A stretch of DNA of 9,679 bases from positions 1 to 9,679 of the forward strand of contig NW_021827865.1 of assembly GCF_006345805.1 (NCBI RefSeq). Direction: 5' to 3'. Of the stretch, positions 1 through 8,265 are shown in pieces. This DNA is from Octopus sinensis (taxonomy: Eukaryota). Made by a program: the position numbers and the translations under genes. Within the stretch, counting starts at the first letter, position 1, and each line of letters starts with the position of its first letter. The notes below the pieces were generated by a model that worked only from the letters and a program-made list of their open reading frames with translations, was not told where the DNA came from and did no database searches.

Positions 1-104
1 ATTATGGATACATACAATATTAGGTTTTTTTTGCATTATGGTTAGATTAATTTAATAATTTATCTACTTTGATAGCACATTGTGTCTCAGAGACAAAATG
101 AGTG

Positions 105-266
105 ACTACATACATATACATATATACACATAATAACATGAATATTTATATATATAAATAATATATATAAATATATATATTATATATATATATATTATAT
201 ATATATATATAATATAAATATATATATATATGTATTTGAATGTATATATCTATATAACTATGCATG

Positions 267-324
<58 letters not shown>

Positions 325-445
325 GTATTTGAATGTATATATCTATATATCTATGCTGTATATGTATGTTATGCTATATCTATATATATATATATATAAT
401 ATATATATAATATATATAATATTATATATATATAATAATAAATAA
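105..445. repeat. Degenerate (TA)n microsatellite tract with an internal duplication
   Basis: Interrupted TA repeats. The 26-mer TGTATTTGAATGTATATATCTATATA occurs at 231-256 and again at 324-349. Boundaries approximate. Confidence 0.95.
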
Positions 446-1199
446 ATGGAGTTTAACGCAGGTATAAATCATTTATATATAATATATATATGTATGTATG
501 CGTAGAGAGAGAGAGAGGGGGGGAAGAGAGGGAGAAATGTAGGTAGAGTGTAGAAATAATGATATCGATGAGTCATAGAGAAAAATGAAAACATATAAGG
601 TGGGTGAGAGCATCAGAAAGTGAAAATATTTAAATGTACACTGTGTAATTGCAAGTTTCAATTGAGGAAGACATTGAGGTTGTAATTGTCGTCAGAGGAA
701 GAAAGCAAAATGTATGAAAAAAAAAAAGAAATCAGAGCTTGAGCAGTATTGGAGAGAGCAATAAGTACAACTAAACGAAACACGGAACCTGAGGAGAAAT
801 AAATAGTTTGACGTAAAGTAAACGTGCTGAAACAAGCATAAGTAAAAAATAAATGTGAACACAAGGGAAAAGTGGTGTAACGTTTAAAGTAAGGAGATTA
901 AGGTTTATTGCATAAGAAGAGATATAAACACAATCATCTACGCTAGTAATAAAATATAATAATAAAAGAAAAAGATTAAGAGAGATAATGGGAAAGATAC
1001 AAACATAAAAGGAGGGAAATATTTAAGAAAAAAAAAGAGAGCGGTACATAAATGGAAGAGGAAAAAAGAAAGGAAGAAGAGAGAATAGAAGAAGAAGAGC
1101 AAAAATAAATGGAAAGAAAAAGCTTGCATTGTTATATCAACGGTCCAAACATTCACATGGGCATATCAAAAACTTCACTCATTCATATATATGTATATA

Positions 1200-1787
1200 T
1201 AAAATCAAGGATTGGCTCAGGCCGTGTCTAAATTAGTAGCACCAGCTGATAGGATTATCTAAAGCCTTTTTCAGTCAAGTTTTGTGGTCCATTCAAGTAG
1301 GGAGTTCTCGTAGAATAAATTGTATCTAGGTATAGGAGGCTTATCTGGTATTCCCTTTAAAGGTGATGGGATCCTTTTCCTCTTTGATCAGCTTTGGGAT
1401 AATGTTAAACAGGTCAGGGCCTGTTGAGGAAAAGAAATTGTGTCGCAGTGTACCTGTATGTTGTAATTCTGAATTGGGCAGAGGACGTACAGCCCGTTGT
1501 TCCAGCCTTGGTTGAACTCTGAAATTGATGTTCAGGTCGTTTGGGTAATGCTGGCAATGTGTACTCCACATCGTGCAAATGACGTCCCGCTCGCGGCGGC
1601 GCTGGTGGGAGTAGAGTTTCAAGGCTTTATGTCGGTCCCAGTAATCGAGATCACTCATGTCCTTAATTCGTATAGTGAGTGCCCTCTGGAGTGACACAAC
1701 TTCTGAAATGTTTTGTTTTGTATTATAGGAAGAACCCAGGGGACAGCAGTATTCGAGGTGTGGCCGTACAAAGGAGGAGAAAAATGG
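1200..1787 (-). mobile_element. CR1/L2-type LINE, decayed 3' end of ORF2 plus 3' UTR
   Basis: Minus-strand translation across frameshifts: [12 protein letters not shown] (about 1775-1740), SLQRALTIRIKDMSDLDYWDRHKALKLYSHQRRRER, GPDLFNIIPKLIKEEKDPITFK, then IPDKPPIPRY..NSLLEW. These match the post-RT motifs typical of CR1-like LINEs ([38 protein letters not shown]). The 5' end is cut at a TA microsatellite; the 3' boundary is approximate. Confidence 0.9.
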
Positions 1788-1802
1788 AATATATATATAT
1801 CA

Positions 1803-1851
<49 letters not shown>

Positions 1852-1922
1852 TATGTATGTATATGTATATGTATTGTATATATGCATATATATATGTATA
1901 TATATTTGTATATATATATGTC

Positions 1923-1962
<40 letters not shown>

Positions 1963-2125
1963 CTTATTATGTGTGGTATGTGGGTGTGTATGGTTATCTG
2001 TGTATATATACATATATATATGTGTGTGTGTGTGTATATCTATATATATTGTATGTATGTATGTATGTATGTATGTATGTATGTATGTATGTATGTATGT
2101 ATGTATGTATGTATGTGTATGTATA
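1788..2125. repeat. Compound (TA)n/(TG)n/(GTAT)n microsatellite
   Basis: Includes 16 perfect GTAT units at 2051-2114. Confidence 0.97.
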
Positions 2126-2126
2126 C

Positions 2127-2322
2127 AGCTCGATAACCATCTCATAGTCGAGGAGTATTGTTGTTGATGTAAATGGCGATATATTTCGTTAGGTGTCTCC
2201 ATGTTGGATATGAAGTAGAAAGTCAATCTTTTTTTTGTTTATTTCCCTTCAGGCCAATCAGTTTCCAGGTAGAATTATGCTTCCTCTTCCAAGTCGATCT
2301 GTTTTTTCTAAAGTTAGTTTTT
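2127..2322 (-). mobile_element. Possible LINE AP-endonuclease remnant (L1/Tx1- or RTE-like)
   Basis: Frameshifted minus-strand translation [17 protein letters not shown] / ID / FYFISN ... / [11 protein letters not shown]. This follows the order TW...IDY..IS...SDH..V at the C-terminus of APE domains. It needs several frameshifts, so it could be chance. Confidence 0.35.
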
Positions 2323-2423
2323 CATGCTGATGTTTTTTTCTCGTATTGACTGAAGATGTTCGTATTATTTTTATTTGTCTGTAGGCTCTATACTGTACAT
2401 TATGTGGATGACTGTGCGACAAT

Positions 2424-2505
2424 ATAATAGTGTGTGTGTGTATATATATATATGTGTGTCTGTATATATATATATGTGTGTGTATGTGTGTGTGTGTGTG
2501 TGTGG
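2424..2505. repeat. (TG)n/(TA)n microsatellite
   Basis: Direct reading of the sequence. Confidence 0.95.
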
Positions 2506-2575
2506 ATGTTTACTTCGATTAGGCTTATTGTTTACTAAGAAATCAATAAATATTTTCGAAAATGTTTTTTCCCTT

Positions 2576-2666
2576 ATCTATCTATCTATGTATCTATGTA
2601 TGCATGTATGTATGTATGTATGTATGTATGTATGTATGTATGTATGTATGCATGTATGTATGTATG

Positions 2667-2743
<77 letters not shown>

Positions 2744-2748
2744 GTCTG

Positions 2749-2843
<95 letters not shown>

Positions 2844-2905
2844 GTCTGTCTGTCTGTCTCTTTGTCTGTCTGTCTATCAATCTATATATCTACCTATCTA
2901 TCTAT
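2576..2905. repeat. Compound tetranucleotide microsatellite (TATG)n-(TATC)n-(TGTC)n
   Basis: Long near-perfect blocks of TATG, then TATC (GATA on the minus strand), with TGTC variants. Confidence 0.97.
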
Positions 2906-2907
2906 TT

Positions 2908-3077
2908 GTCACTCTCGCCCGGCAATGCGCCGAGAGGAAGCTGTCCCTAAAAGGTCGGATGAAGGTGGCGAACACGTACATCGCTCCCGTCATCTACTAC
3001 GGCCTGACCGTCGTGACTTTTCCTGACCCTCCCATCATCAAACTAGAACTCATCTCTTCCGCTTCTTGTGGAAAGGA
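2908..3077 (+). mobile_element. Tx1/L1-clade LINE ORF2 fragment (post-RT region)
   Basis: Translates as RKLSLKGRMKVANTYIAPVIYYGLTVVTFPDPPIIKLELI, then after a frameshift FRFLWKG (3057-3077). This fits the W..R.LS..GR....N..........FLW motif of Tx1/L1 ORF2. The GC-rich 3078-3147 and T-rich 3148-3280 may be the 3' end of the same internally deleted element. Confidence 0.85.
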
Positions 3078-3282
3078 TGTGAAGGTAAAGGCGAGAAACG
3101 ACTTCGTTGAAACAGAAACGCGGAGTAGACGAAACGGAGGCGGCTGAAGAAGGGGAATTTTCCTTGTTTGTATGTCTTGTACTCTGTTTTTCCGTTGTTT
3201 AAAAAAAATGTCCATTTCCTTGGTTTTGTGTTTGTGTTTTCGTTTCTCATTGTGTTCGGCGTTTTTTGGGTGTCCTGTGCCC

Positions 3283-3364
3283 ATATACGCATGTACATAT
3301 ACATATAGATGTAGGTACGTACATATATGTATGTATATATGCACATGTTTTATTTATTATTTTG

Positions 3365-3398
<34 letters not shown>

Positions 3399-3579
3399 AT
3401 ATATATATAATATATATATAATAATGGTATATGTTATAAATATATATATGTATATATATATGCATATATATATATACATATATATATATGTATATATATA
3501 TATACATATATATATATTATGATATTATATAGATATAATATGCATATATATATATACATATATATATACATATATATAG

Positions 3580-3613
<34 letters not shown>

Positions 3614-3640
3614 GTATATAAATATATATATATATGTATA
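3283..3640. repeat. Degenerate (TA)n microsatellite tract
   Basis: Direct reading of the sequence. Confidence 0.97.
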
Positions 3641-3822
3641 CAAACATTAGAGAATGGAGAAATATACTTAAATCAGTAAAACATCAACTATCCGATGATA
3701 CTCAATCCATACTTTAATACACCATTACATATGAGTAAAGGCAATACATAAAATGAAATGAGATATACAGTAATAGTAACAAGATAAAGAGAATAGAGTA
3801 AAAAATTTTCAAATATAATATG

Positions 3823-3960
3823 CAAATAAATCAAAACTGACAGCTGTTTCGGCAGTGAGGACAGTCATACCTCATTTAACCTATAAGCCATAAAGGCAGT
3901 TATAAATGAGGCATTAACAAGGATGCCCCACGGCCTCTTCAGAGAATTAAATTAAATTTG
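3823..3960 (-). ncRNA. Type I hammerhead ribozyme motif (HHR-1)
   Basis: Core CUGAAGA at 3942-3936. Helix II GGCCGUGGGG/CCUCACUGCC pairs 9 of 10, with a further 12-bp stem AUGCCUCAUUUA/UAAAUGAGGUAU. GAAA at 3850-3847. Helix III C-AGCU-G lies within the palindrome ACAGCUGU. Cleavage triplet GUC at 3841-3839. Helix I UUAAUUCU/AGUUUUGA pairs 6 of 8, plus distal CAAAU/AUUUG. Confidence 0.85.
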
Positions 3961-4288
3961 TTATAATAGTGAAAAATATTATACAATCATATACATATAA
4001 ATATAAAAATATAAAAATGTAAAATATAAAAACTTATACATCATAAAGCTACACTTATATAATATAATACACATTTGTACAAAAAAGGAAGGTAAACAGA
4101 ACAAAATAAAACAAAATATATAATAGTGTATATATTAATATCAATAAGTACCGATATTATACATATTTGGCTAATAGTTTTTATATATATAAAAAAAAAG
4201 GCTAACATATATGGAGATGAAAAATAATAATTAAATCCGTGGTACAGTTCATAAGATTCTAAAGCTATAAAAGTTAATAAAAATTACT

Positions 4289-4290
<2 letters not shown>

Positions 4291-4341
<51 letters not shown>
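4291..4341. repeat. (TAA)17 microsatellite
   Basis: 17 perfect TAA units. Confidence 0.98.
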
Positions 4342-4346
<5 letters not shown>

Positions 4347-4704
4347 TATAATAAAAAAGAATCAGTTTAAGTTAGCACCAAGTCCATCCTTACAAGATCG
4401 AAATAACTATGAGTTAAGAAATGCCTGATGTATATGAATTAATGGTGTATTAAAGTATGGATTGAGTATCATCGGATCGTTGATGTTTTAACTGATTTAG
4501 TATATTTCTCCATTCTCTAATTTTTGTAGTATTAATTTACGGTAATTTTATTACCTTTACCATATAATGCAATAGATGAACTGATTGTTTGACAATTTTT
4601 AACATCTATGTATTATTTTTGTTGGGTACCCCTTCTAGCAGTTATTGGATATATATTATCCCATGGTGGGTTTGAATTTCAACCCCTATCTCATTTTATA
4701 ACCT

Positions 4705-4771
4705 ATATAATATGTATATATATATGCATATATATATATACATATATATTGTATATATTATATATCTATAC

Positions 4772-4808
<37 letters not shown>

Positions 4809-5010
4809 TGCATATATATATACATATATATATATACATATATATATATATAATATATACATATATATATACTATATGCATATATATATATATATATATA
4901 CATATATATGCATATATATATACATATATATATATACATTATATAATATATATATATATTATATATATATATATTATATATATAGATATATATATATTAT
5001 ACATATATAT
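4705..5010. repeat. Degenerate (TA)n microsatellite tract
   Basis: Direct reading of the sequence. Confidence 0.97.
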
Positions 5011-5011
5011 T

Positions 5012-5246
5012 CAGGGTGGTGCAAAAGTAGGTAAACAGTTATGAAGAAAGAAAATACGCACAATACTGATTTATTTTTAATAAATAAATTAAAATCTGCG
5101 ATACAAGTATTGTAGTTATGATAAATGTACTATTATGATTAATGACACTGAAAATATAACTAATTTAATGTGGCAATGATTTTAATGAAATAAGTATTAT
5201 TAAATTGATGCGATACTTATTGTTTACCTACTTTTGCACCACGCTG
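5012..5246. mobile_element. Tc1/mariner-type MITE, 235 bp
   Basis: 28-bp terminal inverted repeats: left CAGGGTGGTGCAAAAGTAGGTAAACAGT (5012-5039), right reverse complement CAGCGTGGTGCAAAAGTAGGTAAACAAT (5219-5246), 26 of 28 identical. AT-rich non-coding interior. TA follows the right end; the left flank is TT at the edge of a TA tract. Confidence 0.88.
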
Positions 5247-5302
5247 TATGTGTAAATATGTTTATAAATAAATACATAAATAATTAAAAACTATATATAT
5301 AT

Positions 5303-5427
5303 AATAGTGTACCTTTAAACACAAGAGAAACTATCTTTAACCGGTAATTTTACACGCTAGAAAAAGCAGTCAAAACGACCAAAACCGCATTTAAGAGCAA
5401 TTTTCGAAGGGAATGAAAAATAAAAAC
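5303..5427 (+). repeat. Copy A of an unclassified ~130-bp repeat segment
   Basis: AATAGTGTAC...GGTAATTTTACACGCTAGAA...TTTAAGAGCAATTTT aligns with 5762-5886 (direct) and 5908-6030 (inverted), and is more diverged than those two are from each other. Confidence 0.92.
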
Positions 5428-5435
5428 TGCTACCT

Positions 5436-5528
5436 TGTTATTTTTTAAAGTTATACCTAGGTTTCAATTTTTTTTAGCAAATAAAATAATCTGCTAGGCG
5501 AATTCTCATCAGTAACCGTGCCATAACA
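5436..5528 (-). ncRNA. Type I hammerhead ribozyme motif (HHR-2)
   Basis: Core CUGAUGA at 5512-5506 and GAAAC at 5465-5461. Loop CUAG lies within the palindrome ACCUAGGU. Triplet GUA at 5456-5454. Helix I GGUUA/UAACU plus distal UGUUAU/AUAACA. Helix II G-AAUU/AAUU lacks the canonical G10.1-C11.1 pair and is capped by the hairpin UAGCAGAU/AUUUGCUA. Confidence 0.75.
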
Positions 5529-5548
5529 TTAACATATAATTTAGATAC

Positions 5549-5592
5549 AAATAACACGTGTTTCATTATTATATGTTATAATCTTTAAATTT
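5549..5592 (-). ncRNA. Degenerate hammerhead-like motif (HHR-3)
   Basis: GAAAC-ACGU-GUU (5564-5553, palindrome ACACGUGU) with a 4-bp helix I AAAU/AUUU. The core position reads UUAAAGA instead of CUGANGA, and helix II is weak and AU-only. Confidence 0.35.
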
Positions 5593-5748
5593 CACCGCGA
5601 AATGCAGTTTCAGTCGGCAGTAAATGAAAAATGCTGAACCTATCTTCGAAATGCTAAAATCATATACGTAAACTATATAGGGTAGCTATTTTTTTTAGAA
5701 ATTTCACCAACAGTGGCCTAGCATGTATAAAAAGTCAATAGACAACAT

Positions 5749-6044
5749 ATTCCCAATATAAAATAGTGTACATTTAAAGACAAAAGAAAACTACCTTTTA
5801 ACAGGTAATTTTACACGCTAGAAGAAGCAGTCAAAGCAGTCAAAACCACATTTAAGAGCAATTTTTGAGGGAAATGAAAACTAAAAGAGCAATTTTCGAA
5901 GGGATGTTTTTAGTTTTCATTTCCCTCAAAAATTGCTCTTAAATGTGGTTTTGACTGCTTTGACTGCTTCTTCTAGCGTGTAAAATTACCGGTTAAAAGG
6001 TAGTTTCTCTTGTCTTTAAATGTACACAATTTTATATTGAGAAT
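5749..6044. repeat. Long inverted duplication (arms 5749-5886 and 5908-6044, 21-bp spacer)
   Basis: 5804-5886 is the exact reverse complement of 5908-5990 (83 bp). The outer ~55 bp differ at about 5 positions including one indel. Confidence 0.97.
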
Positions 6045-6050
6045 AATGAT

Positions 6051-6610
6051 TGTGCAACTAAAAACCGAGTGCCTTTTTGGCCAGCTGAAAGCAGTTTTGG
6101 CAGACACGCGTCTCACACAAATCTTCAGTGGTAACGGACTGAACTGAACCGTAACTAATCTGTACATCCTCTAATAACTCACAGATGGTGATTCGACGAT
6201 TTCCCCTCACAGCTGCATATATATCTGCGATGCTTTCTCAGTTCTGCTGGTTGCGGTTCTTCCAGAACGTTCTTCAATATCGACATTTTTTAGGCCATTT
6301 TAGAAACGTCTGAAACATTTGTACACTTATGTGCGGCTCATGCACTCCTCTCCATACACTTTCTGCAACTTTGCGTAGGCCTCTGAGCAGGTATCGCCAT
6401 GGCAACTTTCTCTGTCATGGTCAATGCGACGATCACACGCTACACACCTTCCTTCCAAGCACAGCTGTAAACAACGGAAGTGAGCGAGGACATTGAAACT
6501 ACGTTCACATACACAGCAGAGTTAAGGTAAATCTGTGCCAAGCGGCTTTACCCCGTTTTTTTAGCTTCGTTACTATGGCATCAGTCCTGATACTTATTGA
6601 TCAGACCTCG
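6051..6610 (-). mobile_element. 5' half of a decayed mariner (DD34D-type) transposon, irritans-subfamily-like
   Basis: The minus strand starts TA|CGAGGTCTGATCAATAAGTATCAGGACTG (putative TIR about 6610-6582, TA at 6611-6612). ATG at 6418. Pseudo-translation: GDTCSEAYAKLQKVYGEECMSRT*VYKCFRRF*NGLKNVDIEERSGRTATSRTEK / IADIYAAVRGNRRITICELLEDVQISYGSVQSVTTEDL / RRVSAK. This is the mariner N-terminal double-HTH region with stops and frameshifts. The catalytic domain and second TIR are absent. The subfamily call is from recollection. Confidence 0.92.
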
Positions 6611-7373
6611 TAAATAACAAGATATCTTTGATACGGCGCTGTGTTCCGATTCTTAACGGAATTTCCTCGTTATGAGAATGATTTATTCATTCACAACATT
6701 TATTCAAAGAAAAACAGTTTTATGGTATTCCATGTTAGTTGCAGCGTAGTACATCGTTTGTTATTTATTGTTTTCTATACCAATAGCTTTTGGCATAAAT
6801 CTAAGATCTTACCATCCATATTTCTTATATCTTTCAGCATATTTTCTTTTGCGTAGGAGGTTTCAGTGCACATACTCTCAAGAAGAATAATACAATACAA
6901 TACGTAATTTAATCTATGGAGAACCATAATTAACGCGAAAAAAAAAATTAACTAACGCAAAGAAAATAAATAGTAATTTTTCCTATTATTGTTTCAAATT
7001 CTTGAATGCAGAGAAGTTTCGAGCTAATATAGATTTGCTGCCTATAAACGATGCAGAAACACGGAAAGTATTTTTGGCAATATATGCTTCTGTCGGAAGA
7101 ATTCTTTGAATTATTGTTTTACTTCTCCAGAAAGAAGAAGTAGGATATTTCTTTTTTTTAATTTAAAGACCAAACTTCAAAATTGGAAATTGGATAACAT
7201 AATTTTCGAAATTTGAAATTAATGTTGAATGCCAAAAGTGCTGAAAAAACGTAAAGCTTTTAATACTATGAATATCTACATAGAAATATTAGTTGGTAAT
7301 TTTTTTTAGCTTAAATTAGGACATTGAGTACTCTCTGAGAATTTCTTAAAGGTACAATGGAAGATATACTTAA

Positions 7374-7440
7374 TACTCTCTCTCACTCTCACACACATGC
7401 ACACATACATACATACATACACACATGCACGCACACACAC
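7374..7440. repeat. (CT)n/(CA)n/(CATA)n microsatellite
   Basis: Direct reading of the sequence. Confidence 0.9.
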
Positions 7441-7477
7441 AGAAAGACGCACAGAATAGCACACCTTCATCCTTATG

Positions 7478-7714
7478 TTTATCTCTTACATATTTCAGTC
7501 ATTAGACTGCGGCCACACTGGAGCACAATCTTGAAGAATTTCTGTCGAACGAATCGAAGTCAGTGCTTATTTTTATAAAGCCGGTTACTTATTCCATCGT
7601 GCTCTTTTGCCGAACCGCTAGGATAAGGAGACGTAAGCACACCGACGCCAGTTGTCAAGTGGTACTGGAGGAACAAACAAAGACACAAAGATACACGCAG
7701 ACATATACATGTGT

Positions 7715-7748
<34 letters not shown>

Positions 7749-8125
7749 ATCCAAATTGAAGCAATTGAGTAAATAAAATCCGGGCTACATATGTTTCATA
7801 GCAAACAGAACCCCGAAAGTTGTAATCACTCAACGAGCGGTATTCCAGAGTCTACTCATCAGGTCGACGATACCTTAATGAAATGAAGGTTACACTGTCA
7901 AGGGATCACATGCTAACTCGCAGAAGATTTGATCGGATATATATATATATATGTATACAAGACGGGCTTCTTTCAGTTTCCGTCTATCAAATCCACTCAC
8001 AAGGCTTTGATCGGGCCAAGGGTATAGTAGAAGCAACTTCCCCAACTTGCCTTGCAGTAGGACTGAACACAGAACCATGTGGTTAGGGCACAAACCTTGT
8101 AACACACGGCCACACAACATTCCTA
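7478..8125 (-). mobile_element. tRNA-derived SINE (Octopus-type), near full length and interrupted
   Basis: Minus-strand head with A-box-like TGGCCGTGTGTT (8112-8101) and B-box-like GTTCAGTCC (8068-8060). The body 8040-7963 is homologous to 8421-8510. A central TA/TG microsatellite carries a ~190-bp insert (about 7747-7935). The 3' part (about 7700-7478) is assigned from my recollection of a common octopus SINE. Confidence 0.8.
7778..7871 (-). ncRNA. Type I hammerhead ribozyme motif (HHR-4), partly decayed
   Basis: Core CUGAUGA at 7862-7856. Helix II GUAG/CUAU has a G-U pair at 10.1-11.1. GAAAC at 7797-7793. Loop AUAU lies within the palindrome ACAUAUGU. Triplet GUA at 7788-7786. Helix I AUCGUCGAC/GCCCGGAU pairs only partly. 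Confidence 0.68.
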
Positions 8126-8265
8126 TAATGAATGCGTGTGTTTTTGTGTCTGATGAGAAGTCAATAAGATCCGAAAATCGGATAAGTCTGTTCCTCGGTT
8201 TTTTCCAATCTACGGAGAAACACATTAATTAACTCTGTTTAAAAAATTACTTTCGAGGATAAATC

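Larger units (their letters stand above)
3641..4700 (-). mobile_element. Putative non-autonomous Penelope-like element remnant with an inverted segment
   Basis: Contains a minus-strand hammerhead motif preceded by a long T-rich tract (about 4340 to 3960). An ~86-bp segment is present in inverted orientation at 3641-3726 and 4441-4526. No RT or GIY-YIG motif is recognisable, so the family call is inferred from the ribozyme type. Confidence 0.55.

Noticed and set aside
640-700. Hammerhead-like CUGACGA-C-AAUU...AAUU-GAAAC-UUGCAA-UUA on the minus strand
   Set aside because: There is no helix I pairing, no G16.2 partner for C15.2 and only a 4-bp AU helix II. At best it is an unrecognisably decayed relic.
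930-1125. Purine-rich tract giving a hydrophobic F/L-rich minus-strand ORF (938-1156); a similar tract lies at about 8810-8960
   Set aside because: This is low-complexity A/G sequence, so the apparent transmembrane character is a compositional artefact.
1497-1694. 65-aa plus-strand ORF
   Set aside because: It is the antisense shadow of the LINE ORF2 fragment.
2389-2425. YVDD (RT-like motif) in LYTVHYVDDCATI on the plus strand after an acceptor-like TTTGTCTGTAG
   Set aside because: It is an isolated four-residue match with no flanking RT motifs, and it runs into a microsatellite.
5973-6167. 64-aa ORF containing RRVSAK
   Set aside because: It is a chimeric frame running from the mariner pseudogene into the inverted repeat, not an independent gene.
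6813-6876. Possible 64-nt minus-strand exon (SMCTETSYAKENMLKDIRNMD) with a good G|GTAAGA donor
   Set aside because: The acceptor is GAG (rare), there is no recognisable homology and no supporting neighbouring exons. It would need RNA-seq.
7131-7139. Possible 9-nt plus-strand microexon AAAGAAGAA after a polypyrimidine tract ending CCAG
   Set aside because: The donor GTAGGA is weak and such patterns are common in AT-rich DNA. It cannot be supported without spliced reads.
8150-8190. Plus-strand CUGAUGA-GAAGUC-AAUAA-GAUCC-GAAA
   Set aside because: Helix II is only partly paired, and no helix III, cleavage triplet or helix I can be formed.
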